Assembly: GCA_042852035.1 (NCBI GenBank)
Contig: BAAFHK010000001.1
Span: 120,001-152,000, forward strand
Length of the DNA stretch: 32,000 nucleotides
Origin: Candidatus Saccharimonadota bacterium
GTDB taxonomy: Bacteria; Patescibacteriota; Gracilibacteria; BD1-5; UBA2023
Reading direction: 5' to 3'
Shown: positions 1 to 10,768 of the stretch, piece by piece
Layout of the letters: every line of letters starts with the position of its first letter
Numbering within the stretch: position 1 is the first letter of the stretch
Translations under genes and position numbers: made by a program
Notes under the pieces: model-generated
Database searches by the model: none
Told to the model about the DNA's origin: nothing
Seen by the model: only the letters and a program-made list of their open reading frames with translations

Positions 1-1
1 T

Positions 2-1456
2 TATTCGCAGACAGATACAGAAGTTACGGCAAAGCTCTTCGAAGATCTTTTTGATGGGAATCATATTACTACTCTTCAGAAACTCATTAAGAAGATACAT
101 GGTGCGTATGGTCTTGTGTTTCTAGATCGAGAGCATCCAGATAAAATATTCTGAACCAAAAAGGGAAGCCCGATGGTAATCGGGTTTGGGAAGTGAGAAC
201 GATATGTTTCGTCCGATTATAGGGCTCTTATTGGTCTTATTGATGATTATATTATTCTCGAAGACGGAGATTTGTTCCTCATGACCCCAGAAACATATAC
301 AATCCTTTCTGAAGATACTCGAGTACAGAGGGAAACACATACTATTGATGAGGCTGAGAAACCTGCTGAACTCTGAGACTTTGAGCACTTTATGCTCAAA
401 GAAATATATGACCAAGGATCAGTTATACGAGATGTATTTCGTGGAAGGGTTGATTTCGAAAAAGCAACTCTCCACTCAGAGACTCTCGAAGCTATCGGTC
501 CTGATGACTATGATCGAGTGGTGATTGTGGCATCGGGGACCAGTTACCATGCTTGACTCATGGGGAAATACTATCTTGAAGAATATGCTGATCTTCCGAC
601 TGATGTTATTGTTTCTGCAGAATTTAAGTTCAAAAAGAAATTTATTGATCCGCGTACCCTCCATGTCTTTGTTTCTCAGTCAGGAGAAACTATTGATCTT
701 CTTGAGTGTGTAAAAATCGTGAAAGATCAGGGTGGTCATATTTTTGGTATTGTAAATGTGCCTGGATCAGCGATTGCCCGTACCTGTGGAAGGGGACTTT
801 ATACTCGAGCTGGTATAGAGGTGTGAGTTGCGTCTACGAAAGCCTTCTCTACTCAGGTAGTGACTTTCCTTATTATGGCTCTCCATTTCGGGAAAAAGAG
901 AAACCTCGATTATAGAAAATATCGAGATATTCTTTCTGCACTTGAACGGCTACCAGACGCTATTGAATCCCTTATTGCTAAAAAGTCTGAGATTCAGGCG
1001 GTCGCAAATACCTACTCTCAGTATAAAAACTTCTTTTTTATCGGTCGTAATGTCGAGCTTCCAATCGCAATGGAGGGATCTCTCAAGCTGAAAGAAATAT
1101 CATATATTCATTCAGAGGCGTATGCGAGCTGAGAGTTAAAACACGGTTCTATCGCCCTCATTGATGAAGATTTTCCTACGGTTATCGTCAATGGAGCTAC
1201 GTCACTCTATGAGAAAAATGTGAGTTCTGTCCAGGAAATTAAGGCGAGAAATGGGAAGGTAATTGGCGTCATTTCTTCTCTCGATAAAAAGAAAGATCTC
1301 TATGATGCAGTTTTAGAATTTGACTCGCTTCATCCAGAGGTGGACCCAATTCTTGAAGTAGTCATCCTCCAGCTCTTCTCCTATTTTGTAGCTCTTCATC
1401 TCGGACGTGAGATAGACAAGCCGAGAAATCTTGCAAAATCTGTAACCGTTGAATAA
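2..1456 (+). CDS. glmS: glutamine--fructose-6-phosphate aminotransferase (GlmS), 5' end cut by window edge
   Basis: One frame is free of TAA/TAG from the window edge to TAA at 1454-1456. It joins track ORFs 560-826, 860-1132 and 1220-1456 through in-frame TGA. Motifs: KGSPMVIGFGKGE, FMLKEIYDQ, VASGTSYHAG, GIEV-G-VASTKAF (TGA 824-826 on the conserved Gly), and the C-terminal NLAKSVTVE typical of GlmS. Confidence 0.95.
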
Positions 1457-1464
1457 TTTTAATT

Positions 1465-2259
1465 ATGCGCATTATCTCCTGGAACGTAAACGGTATCCGT
1501 GCGACCTATAATAAATGAGAACTTGGAAAATTCATCGAGGCTCATGATCCAGATGTTATCTTTATGCAGGAAATTAAGGCAACTCTAGATAAGCTTCCGG
1601 AGGAGTTAAGAGCTCCAGAGGGGTATGAGGCATTTTATAATTCAGCAGAAAAGCCCGGATATGCAGGGACGGGTATCTGGGTTAAAAATGAATATAGAAA
1701 GTATATTCATTCGATTCAGACAGGATTTGAAGGTGACCCAACCGCCAATGAATGACGAGTTTCACACCTTATCTTAGAAAAGGATGGAGAAATTTTTGAT
1801 ATATTTGGCATCTATTTTCCGAACGGTGGGAAAAGTGAGGAGGCTTGGAAGGGGAAAATCGTATTCTATCATGAATTTGCGAAACGCATGGATGAGCTTC
1901 GTTCTTTAGGGCACTATGTTCTTTGGGGGTGAGATCTTAATTGTGCGCATCATGAAATTGACCTTGCACGACCAAAGGAAAATGATGGAAAAATCTGATT
2001 TCATCCGGTTGAACGTGCTTGGCTCGATGGGAGGCAAAAAGATGGTTGGAGTGATATTTGGAGAGAAAAAAACCCCACAACTTCTGAGGTGTATTCTTGG
2101 TGGGATCCGGTTACTCGATCTCGAGAACGAAATGTTGGCTGGAGGATAGATGCTTGGTGGGGAGAATCAAAAATAAATGCAAAAATTCGCAATATAGAAT
2201 ATCTCCCCCTGCAAATGGGATCGGATCATTGCCCCATTTTGGTAAAAATTGATTTCTAG
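1465..2259 (+). CDS. xthA: exodeoxyribonuclease III (ExoIII/XthA family AP endonuclease)
   Basis: ATG 1465 to TAG 2257-2259, 264 aa with 4 in-frame TGA. Motifs: MRIISWNVNGIRA, IFMQEIK, WGGDLNCAHHEIDL, GWRIDA, GSDHCPI. Confidence 0.93.
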
Positions 2260-2266
2260 ATGAGAA

Positions 2267-3514
2267 CTAGAATGGACACTTTATATCGGTAGATCAGTTT
2301 TGACAATTCTTTTTCATATCTGGAATTGCCTTTTTCTCGAGGGCTTCAATAGTCGTAAGGAGATTGAGATGTATATCTACGAGATCATTGAGGAGTTTTG
2401 CATTGAGTGGTTCATCACCACTTTTGAGTTTGACAAGATTCCCCCAATAATTCGATATATCCGTAGAAATACGATTCTTCTCGCGAGAAAATGTGAGAGT
2501 CCGTTTAATAAATTCATCCGTGGTTTTTGATTGGAATATTTTTGGCTTTAGGCCTGATACTACCGTATCGAATCAAATCACATACTGTCTCTGACATTCA
2601 AAGTCAGCCTTTGCTCGTTCTTCAGGAGGGGAAGATGGGTCTGTTTTTTGTTCAGGGCAAGTAAGATTACTGAGCATTGCCTTCTTTGCATTTTGAGAAA
2701 GTCATTGTCTCGCCATTTCTACTTGAAGAAGGCGACTTTGAAGTTTGACATACTCTGCGGTTCCTTTGTTTTTTCATTGAAATAGAGCGATAGCCTCTTC
2801 CCAAGCTTTATGTCCATTTTTTGTTCCTTTTGTGAGATTTCCGATTTTTGTCATGATGGTTCATGCAATATTCTCGATATTTTGTTCACTATTACACGCG
2901 CTGGTAGCCTCTGGGGAATAGTTTGTTTTTATGGAGCTAATTAATGTGTCATATTTTTCGAGTCATTCAGGAGTGGTTGGATTTCCGGTAGAGGCAGTCC
3001 AAAAAAAACGTTCAATTTTTCTATTTACACGAAGAATATTTCCGATTCTTGTTTCAGGAGTTCAACCAGAAGGAAGCTTTGCATCGAGAGAACAAAGGGA
3101 TGTTATGCTTTCAAGAGTTGGTATAATCGTTGTATTCTCGAGGTTCTTGAAGAGTTTCCCTTGGTTTGTAACTGGACTCCTGGTCTTTCATTCAGCAGCA
3201 AGAGATACATTATAGAGAAAATCCATAGCAATATCACTCGGAAGACTGACGATGTCATCGGTAGCTGATCCATCAAGATCTATTCGATCAAGGTATTCGA
3301 GAAATCTTCTCTCTGATGCAAATGATCCCGCTGAGGTACCACACTTATTCGTTCCTCCTGCTTCGGTTCGTATTTTTGCAATTTCTGTTTTTACATCATT
3401 AATGTACTTTACTACTTCTGGGGGAGGTCATTTTTCTATGCTACAGGCAGCTCGAGCATCATTCATGAAAAATGGGAGGCTCAGCAATACGAGTATGGAT
3501 ATTTTTTTATTCAT
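2267..3514 (-). CDS. secreted protein of unknown function (signal peptide, Cys-containing)
   Basis: I checked every triplet of this minus frame and found no TAA/TAG over 416 codons in AT-rich DNA. N-terminus MNKKISILVLLSLPFFMNDARA looks like a signal peptide. ATG is 4 nt after the stop of the upstream gene. Several TGA=Gly codons. No family recognised. Confidence 0.75.
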
Positions 3515-3518
3515 AAAC

Positions 3519-5060
3519 TTATTTGACGGGTTTACTTTTCATGGGTTCAAGGATGGTCATAATATCTCGAATCTCAGCATTCATAGACATGGTAAATGCT
3601 TGTATTTCTGTGAGATCGGTTGAAAGTGAGTTGTAGTATGTTTGTCTTCATTCACGCATATATTCATTCATACATCCACTCATTTGAGCTGTGGAGACTG
3701 CCTCTTTTGGTCATATAGGACGAGCATCAAGTGATTTTGAGTCTGTAGTAGTTCATCTTCCGGCATATCACATTCCATCGATACTATTTGCTAGCGCTAG
3801 ATTCGTTGGCAATCCAGAGGAAATATATCCGCAATCAATAACCGCCTTGAGCTCCGCATTATCTTTTGCTTGAGTTCTCTCATCCTTATCTCTTCGTGTT
3901 GGTTGTGGTTGATTTCAGAGATAGATTCGAAGCCCCCCGATAGACTTCCAGAGCTGGAGATTTTTTATAGGGAATGAACCAGCATTATTCGTCATCTTTT
4001 GGTAGGCGAGGCTACTTTCTGAAATTGGGAGAAGGTGTTTCGTAAAGGTATCGAGTATTCATTCAATCGATATATTTTTCCCTCATCCGAGAGTAATATT
4101 TCCTCCAGGAACAGTCTTAATTTCAATACAAAACATACTTCCTTTTTGGCAGGGCATTTTATGGTAAAAATCATTTGATGCTGTTTTTGGTTGCGATCAA
4201 GATCCCTGATTATTAACATTATTTCATGCACTATATCCTCAGGAAGGATTATTTGAATATGTTCCACCAGCAATGGTAGAGTTTAACTCTTGAAGAAATG
4301 ATTCATCCAAATTTACATCAATTGGACCTGCAAGTCACGAGTTTGTACACGTGCTTCCAAGAAGGCTTTCTATGGTTTGAGATCATTGATTTCAGTTATT
4401 TGATCCTGAATTTGAATTTGATCCTGAATTTGAATCAGGCAAAGGAGCTATGATGGATGCTGTTCCAGTTAAGAGTGGGGGCGGGCTATTTCAAGCAAGA
4501 AGACTTGCAAGTGATTTGCTTGAGATGTTTTTCGTTCCATTATATTTAATCTCGGTAGAGAAAATAATCTGATTTATGCGCTCGATGTCGTAGATAATAT
4601 CGTAGTCTGAATTGGATTTATCACCATCGGCATAAAGTCATATAGAGGCTATTGTTTCTCTTGCGTTTTGCTCTTTTGAAATATCATCTTTGAGATTTTT
4701 ATATTCACTAGCTAGGCAGGTTGAGAGTTCATGGAATTGTTCTGAGTTTATAGATTTTCCTTTGAGGAGTCAATTTAATCAAGCGTAATTTTGGTTTTCA
4801 ATTCAAGCCAAAACCTGTTCATCTACCGGGGCATCTCCAAGAAGTTTTATGTTTTTACATTTTCTTCAGAATTGGCTAAAGCTTCCACTTTTTCTGAGTT
4901 TCTGAGTAACAAGTTTTTGCTGGATGGCATAAGTTCAGCTATCAATTTTTGAATAAAAATCAAATCATGGATTTTCTCATAAAAATCAGCCTTCAGCAAA
5001 AATTATACTTGGCACAAAGCACAAGATGAAGATGTATGAGAAACCGATAGTATTCCGCAT
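3519..5060 (-). CDS. large secreted protein of unknown function with Ser/Asn/Gly low-complexity linker
   Basis: Triplet-by-triplet check finds no TAA/TAG over 514 codons on the minus strand. N-terminus MRNTIGFSYIFILCFVPSIIFAEG is signal-peptide-like. Internal linker PDSNSGSNSNSGSNNGNQGS. Many TGA=Gly codons. No family recognised. Confidence 0.75.
4401..4436. repeat. 18-nt tandem duplication (tgatcctgaatttgaatt x2, 17/18 identical) inside the CDS
   Basis: Read directly from the sequence. It encodes the SNSGSN low-complexity linker of the 3519-5060 protein. Confidence 0.9.
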
Positions 5061-5229
5061 ATATACATATTGTAATGAAAATGAATAAAAAATGCAATTC
5101 TTCACCTATTTTCTCTTTTGTGAAAATATCTGTTTCATAAAAGATTCCTATCTAGAATAGAGACAAATTTGCACTCTTAAAAAAAACTCTATAATAGAAG
5201 CATATTTATTTTTTAAAGTTCATTGATAT

Positions 5230-5907
5230 ATGTTGAAATATCTTTTCATTGCGAGCTTACTATTACTGACGAGTTGTAATGCGACAACTCCTTCTTCTTG
5301 AAGTTCTTCAAACAATACAAAGGTAAATCCTCAGGTTCTTATTCCTTCTCCGACGTATGGCTCATGAAAGCATACGCTTACACTTTATGCAGATTTCCAG
5401 TGTCCAGCTTGTATCGTATTTTCGAAATTGGTATGACCGATACTTGAGGAATATGCAAATAAGGGATATCTCGTGATTACCTATAAACAATTTCCACTTA
5501 CCAATATACACCCAAATGCAGAGCGTGATTCTGTGGCGGCTCTTTGTGCGGCTGAACAGGGGAAATATATGGATTACAAGAAGGCTCTCTATGCTATGGA
5601 AGAGGCAAAATCAGGAGGTAAAGTATCTGATGAGGATCGCGTAAGTGCTGCTCAGTGAATTCTTGACGAAGCAAACCTCCGAGAGTGTCTTAAAACAGAT
5701 AAATATCTCCCACAAGTACGCGCAGAAATGGCGGAAGGTGATGCTGCTTGAGTTGGTGGCACTCCTACTGTATTTCTCGATGGAAAAAAGCTAGATCCAG
5801 CAGTCTATCGAGATACGAAAGTTCTTCGCACTATACTTGATAGACTCCTTGAGGTTCCAAGTACTTCGACTGATGGAACATCAACCGGAGCTCAAACAAC
5901 AAAATAA
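5230..5907 (+). CDS. DsbA-family thiol:disulfide oxidoreductase lipoprotein
   Basis: ATG 5230 to TAA 5905-5907, 225 aa with 5 in-frame TGA. Lipobox LLLLTSC. Thioredoxin active site FQCPACIVF. C-terminal GTPTVFLDGKKL typical of DsbA/BdbD-like proteins. Confidence 0.85.
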
Positions 5908-5911
5908 AAAA

Positions 5912-5940
5912 ATCCCTACCGCAAGGTGGGATATTTTTTT
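5912..5940. terminator. bidirectional intrinsic terminator between convergent genes
   Basis: Hairpin atccctacc-gcaa-ggtgggat is flanked by an A-run upstream and a T-run (5933-5940) downstream. Confidence 0.7.
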
Positions 5941-6530
5941 AGCTGTCTTCAGAGTTTTCTCCAGTAGAGGGCTAGCTTTGGTCATATTCATACTTCTTCA
6001 GCTTGTTCTCTTTCAGCTTCAGTCATCAGGTGGGGGAGATATCTTGCCTTTCTTTTTTCGAGATATTTCAGATTAAGTTGCTTTATATATTTGAAAACAG
6101 GAAGCTTGAACCAGGAAGTTATTTTTCCTCATTCTAATACAATAGATGAAGCAAGATCTATGACGACAGGTTCTCAAGAAGGGGTGATAATTATATCTAC
6201 CGAATGAGCAAAATCTGGGTCAGCAACTCATCGTGAGTGAATTTCTCTGAGTATGTGTCTGAGTTTTTCGAAAGTATCTTCTGGGATTTCTTTTCACTCT
6301 CTTTCCCGGAGGGTTTCTCATTCTACAAATACGCTAATAAATGATACAGGGGAATCTTGGCGTACAAGCTCTTGAACTCATTTTACTCCTTTAAGTCGTT
6401 CAAGGACTTTTACCTCATGAGCTGCCATGAGATGTGCAAAACGTCATTTTACAGTCTTTCGAACATAGGCAACTCAATTTTCTTCAAAGTAGTCAATTCG
6501 TGTTCATTTTGATTCAAATAAAACTTCCAT
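5916..6530 (-). CDS. small atypical protein-kinase-like (RIO/Kdo-kinase-like) protein
   Basis: ATG 6530 lies 2 nt after the pilB stop. 204 aa ending at TAG 5916-5918, inside the terminator stem. VAYVRK, HEVKVLERL, FVEGETL and HSRGVADPDFAHSVDIIITPSGEPVVIDLASS resemble the Lys / alphaC-Glu / hinge / catalytic-loop / DFG-like order of small kinases, with a degenerate catalytic loop. Confidence 0.6.
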
Positions 6531-6532
6531 AT

Positions 6533-7912
6533 TTATTCTATTACCTTAAAGAGCTCATCGAGACTTGTTTTTCCTTGCATGGCTTTGAGTATCCCATCTT
6601 CGCGCATGAGCATGAGGTCTTCTTTTCGAGCGAGTTCGATGATTTCTTTTGGGCTTCAGCCCTTTCTGATAAGGGCTCGAATATTATCCGAAAAGAATAA
6701 AACCTCATAAACTCCGATGCGTCACTTATACCCACTCATTCCACAGAGCTCACATCATTTCCCTTTGTAGAGAGTGTATCCATCGCGTTTTGCTGCAACT
6801 TCAGCCATACCGATATCCTTAAGCATCCACTCAATGATATCCATTTCTGATCTATCAGCATCGTATCGTTCGCTACAGTGTGGACAGAGACGACGCACGA
6901 GCCGTTGGGCGATGATGACATCGAGACCTGATGCGAGGATATAGGAAGGTACACCCATATTCATGAGGCGTTCTATAGTTTCTCAGGCGCTTTTGGTATG
7001 GAGGGTAGAGAGGACGAGGTGCCCAGTCATCGCCGCCTGCATCGCGATAGTTGCCGAATCAAGATCGCGGATTTCACCGATCATGATAACGTCAGGATCT
7101 TGGCGCATTAGGGCTTTTAACCCAGTAGAATAAAGATAATTTTTCTTCTCATCGACTTCACTCTGAACGATTCCTGGCAGTTCATACTCGATTGGGTCTT
7201 CGAGGGTGATAATTTTTCGATCTGGAGTATTCAGGGTCGTCATCATCGAATAAAGGGTCGTCGTCTTTCCTGATCCAGTTGGTCAGGTCACGAGGATAGT
7301 TCCATTTTTCTTCTTTAGAGCTTTATCGATCTGTCGCTTACTCGTCCACATGAATCCGAGATCACCTACGGTTGGTATAGATTTTGTTGAATCCAAGATA
7401 CGACAAACAGCATTTTCCCCATATCGCACTGGAAGAGTTGAGACACGTACGTCGATACGATCTCCATTATCAGTAATTCGATATTTCCCATCCTGAGGAA
7501 CTTCTGTGATATTGAGTTTGAGATTGGATTTGTATTTGAGTCGTTCGAGGAGGAGTTTATATTCTGATTTTTCGAGAGTAGTAATAGTGACGAGTTCTCC
7601 ATCGATACGGATACGGATGGCAATATTGGTATCAGATGTATCATAGTGGATATCTGAAGTTCATAATCCGAGAGCTCACTTGGTCATCAATGTAAGCGCC
7701 GCTTCGCTATCTTGGAGCCTGAGTTTTTCGTGAAGCGCATCAGCAAGAGGTCGGAAACGATCATTATCCATGTGACTATGAACTTTTTCTTTTGCCTCTT
7801 CGATTTTATCGTGAAACTCCTCCTCACTTGTGATGGTGGGATTTATTTTTGATTCAGCTTGATTTATTTTCTCAGAATGCTCTGATTCTTCCTCTTTTTG
7901 AGTATCTGGCAT
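6533..7912 (-). CDS. pilB: type IV pilus / type II secretion assembly ATPase (PilB/GspE family), short N-terminus
   Basis: Triplet check finds no TAA/TAG over 460 codons. It joins track ORFs 7676-7912, 6983-7246 and 6755-6964. Walker A is [12 protein letters not shown], with the first Gly encoded by TGA at 7283-7285. Other motifs: [22 protein letters not shown], and the tetracysteine CPHC...CELCG. Confidence 0.92.
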
Positions 7913-8003
7913 GCATACATCATAGCAGAAAGGTTCTCATTTTGCAAAATTGGATGCTTTCCTTTTTTTGGAAATATAGTATACTTCTTCTATGGGTTTT
8001 ATT

Positions 8004-8306
8004 ATGCGAAATGAGTCATTTACGTGTGAACACTGTGGGAGGTTAGTAGATATCCATCCAACTTGATCCGCTCGAAATCATTGTCCAGTCTGTCTTTATT
8101 CAAAACATGTTGATGATGTGAAGCCGTGAGATCGGCTTTCAAGCTGTCATGGGCTCATGAGTCCAGTCGGGATGGATTATCGTAAAGGAAAATGAGATAT
8201 GATTCGCCATCAGTGTCAAAAATGTGGGAAAGAAATGCTCAATAAAGTCGCACCAGATGATGATGTGATAGGATTTGTGAGAGAAAAAAATAAGAAAATT
8301 CTCTAA
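8004..8306 (+). CDS. RNHCP domain-containing zinc-ribbon protein
   Basis: ATG 8004 to TAA 8304-8306, 100 aa. Literal RNHCP motif (GSARNHCPVCLYSKH) plus CEHCG and CQKCG pairs. 3 in-frame TGA. Confidence 0.8.
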
Positions 8307-8313
8307 AAGAAAA

Positions 8314-9267
8314 ATGGAACGAAATTTTCTAGAATCATTCTCGAAGTATATAAAAAAAGATGATATTCTCATTCTCGCTGTGAGCGGGGGAGTCGATAGT
8401 ATGGCTATGGTTCATATGATTCTTTGTACTCATGACAAGGAGAAAATTATTATTGCTCACTTTGACCATTCACTCAGGGGGGATGAGTCAGATGGTGACA
8501 GGATATTTGTTGAGAACTATTGTCGAACAAGGGGGATTTTATTTGTATGAGAAAAACTTGATATATCTCAGCTTGCCCGAGAAGAGAAGATGAGTATAGA
8601 ACATGCTGCTCGAAAGTATCGTTATGAGTTCCTTTTTCGTATCGCACGAGAAAAAAATGCAGGATATCTTCTAACCGCTCATCATAGCGATGACCGAATT
8701 GAAACTGCTATTTTTAATCTCATACGATGATCGAAGCTCGCATGAATCCATGCACTTTCAGGACTCGAACATCGAGCATGAATTACTCTATTTCGACCCC
8801 TGATTGGGATAACAAAGGCTGATATTCTTGAGTATGCAGAGAAACATGGTATCGAATTTCGTGAGGATTCTACAAACAAAGACACCGAGTATCAGAGAAA
8901 TCATCTGCGAATTTCAGTGCTTCCTGAATTCGAAAAAATCAATCCTGAATATCGAAAGGTAATATCAACCTTTATCGAATATACCGAAGAACTCAAGAAT
9001 TGGATAGATCAGGAGGTGGAGAAATTTTTTGGAGAGAAAAGCGAGTTTTCTGCTCTAGAATTTGCTCACAAAACATCATTTTTCCAGAAAGAAGCAATCA
9101 GATACCTCTACGAGAAGACTCATCAAGGAACTATATGACTCTCAGAAGGCAATATTGACGAACTTATTCGATTTATCTGCACTGCCAATGGTGGGACGGA
9201 GAAGAGGATTGGTAAACTTATTTTAAAAAAGAAAACATCAACCATATACTATGGAGTTGATTTATAA
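8314..9267 (+). CDS. tilS: tRNA(Ile)-lysidine synthase
   Basis: ATG 8314 to TAA 9265-9267, 317 aa. PP-loop LAVSGGVDSMA, AHHSDDRIETAIFNLIRGS, LFRPLIGITKADI. 5 in-frame TGA. Confidence 0.92.
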
Positions 9268-9968
9268 AGGGCACTTGTTGGATCATATGGGGTTACTTTC
9301 CCATCTTTTGTAGTGATTTCGAGAGTGACATGAAACTCGTCATTTTCAATAATTTTTATTCATTTAATTCATAATTGATAGCGTCTATCGGCCTGTTCGA
9401 TGATAAGTTTCGAAATCACAGCCAAGGTTTTACAGCTTCATATTCATTGAGCAAGCACTTCTGATACGGTTCGGTTCTGTATAAGTCCATGCCATTCCCT
9501 TGCTAAATCTGGATCAGAGAGTAAGAATTTTCTCAGTGTGGGGCTATCAGCCATAGATTGAATAAATTCTAAACTCCCTTTTTCTAATGATGCAAATGCA
9601 CTATCAATAAATTCTTTCATATAGTCTCATGTAAGTCTTGTGTCAGCCCTCATTCGTCAGAGATATCTTTTGAGAATCATTTTTTGTGCTGGATTCATTC
9701 CTATCTTCTTCGGATCTATTTTATCAATAAATCATCATTGCTCTTCATCAAGTGGTACCTCACGAAAAAGTCCATAATTGAGTGCATCATATCGCATTTT
9801 TTCCCTGAGTATTTCAGTCCAAGGGTCGAGAATATCGGTAAGATTTTTTGGTATATTCTTTTCTTCGATACGTCGAAAAATAGGGCTAACATTTCCGAGC
9901 TGAAAATGGGGAAGTACGGATCCTTCCGCACGAAATTCAAAATTTTCACCTGTACTATTTTTTCACAT
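9249..9968 (-). CDS. hypothetical protein (239 aa)
   Basis: Triplet check finds no TAA/TAG over 240 codons on the minus strand. This is a different frame from track ORF 9716-9949. Starts MGKNSTGENFEF. Its 3' end overlaps tilS by 19 nt in convergent orientation. No family recognised. Confidence 0.7.
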
Positions 9969-10148
9969 ATATTCTAGTATATATAAAAAACAGAATTTTG
10001 TCATTTTTTCCTTGCATTTTCACATATTTTTTTATAATGTGCGTGCTTCAAACGTTTATCTACCGATAATCTCTCTTTATTTCCCGATTAAGATGAGAAA
10101 ATCGAAACATGGTCTTGTGACAGGAAGATGCATGTAACTTTTATTTTT

Positions 10149-10580
10149 ATGGCTAAAAAACCAACAAAAGTTGTAAAACTTCAACTTAAGGCTGGACAAG
10201 CAAACCCAGCACCTCCAGTTGGTACCGCTCTCGGTCCTACTGGTATCCAGATTGCAGAATTTTGTAAACAGTTCAACGACAAAACTAAGGACCAAATGGG
10301 AAAAATTCTCCCTACGGTTATCAATATCTACGAAGATCGAAGTTTTGACTTCTATACGAAGCAACCTCCGATGACTTGGTGGATTAAAGATGCGCTTAAG
10401 CTCGCATCTGGATCAAAAGAGGCTCATAAGACAAAAGTCGGACACCTCACTATGGCACAACTCAAGACCATTGCTGAAGGAAAAATGCCAGATCTCAATG
10501 CCAATGATCTCGATCATGCTATGTCTATCGTAGCAGGTTCTGCTCGTTCTATGGGTATCACTTCGGATCTCAAGAAATAA
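10149..10580 (+). CDS. rplK: 50S ribosomal protein L11
   Basis: [33 protein letters not shown]... to TAA at 10578-10580. The start is taken at the internal ATG of track ORF 10128-10580. No TGA codons. Confidence 0.96.
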   Translation: MAKKPTKVVKLQLKAGQANPAPPVGTALGPTGIQIAEFCKQFNDKTKDQMGKILPTVINIYEDRSFDFYTKQPPMTWWIKDALKLASGSKEAHKTKVGHLTMAQLKTIAEGKMPDLNANDLDHAMSIVAGSARSMGITSDLKK

Positions 10581-10614
10581 TTTCTGAACTTAGGCCACTT
10601 GCGCCTAAGTTTAT

Positions 10615-10689
10615 GGCGCTATCGTCTAGTGGTTAGGACACGGGATTCTCATTCCCGGAACCGGAGTTCGATTCTCCGTAGCGCTACCA
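10615..10689 (+). tRNA. tRNA-Glu (anticodon CUC), CCA encoded
   Basis: Hand-folded cloverleaf. Acceptor GGCGCTA/TAGCGCT (G1-U72 wobble). D arm GTCT-AGTGGTTA-GGAC, with the TCGTCTAG..GGACAC context typical of bacterial tRNA-Glu. Anticodon arm CGGGA-TTCTCAT-TCCCG. T arm CGGAG-TTCGATT-CTCCG. Discriminator A followed by CCA. Confidence 0.9.
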
Positions 10690-10704
10690 TGTAAAAATCA
10701 AATT

Positions 10705-10728
10705 TCCTCACGAAAGTGAGGATTTTTT
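10705..10728 (+). terminator. intrinsic terminator after the tRNA
   Basis: Hairpin tcctcac-gaaa-gtgagga followed by tttttt. Confidence 0.8.
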
Positions 10729-10733
10729 AATAC

Positions 10734-10761
10734 AAAAAAAGGGGCCCCATGGGGGCCCCTG
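10734..10761 (-). terminator. intrinsic terminator of the 586-aa gene
   Basis: On the minus strand: aggggccccc-atg-gggcccc followed by ttttttt, starting 8 nt after the TGA stop. Confidence 0.8.
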
Positions 10762-10768
10762 AGCGAGC

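Noticed and set aside
2300-3873. Plus-strand track ORFs 2300-2530, 2931-3215, 3252-3623 and 3691-3873
   Set aside because: All lie antisense to two minus-strand frames that are stop-free (TAA/TAG) for 416 and 514 codons and that begin with signal peptides.
4401-4436. A possible CRISPR-like or regulatory direct repeat
   Set aside because: There are only two adjacent copies with no spacers, and they are in frame within a CDS encoding a low-complexity linker.
9716-9949. Track ORF MKILNFVRKDPYFP... (and 20226-20420, MARRKIERTY...)
   Set aside because: In each case a different minus-strand frame is free of TAA/TAG over a much longer span (240 and 161 codons) and gives a more protein-like sequence.
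10615-10689. Whether this tRNA is the UGA-decoding tRNA-Gly(UCA), since the anticodon loop contains TCA
   Set aside because: With the 5-bp stem CGGGA/TCCCG, the 7-nt loop is TTCTCAT. Positions 34-36 are therefore CTC (Glu). The TCA is offset by one nucleotide, and the D arm matches tRNA-Glu.
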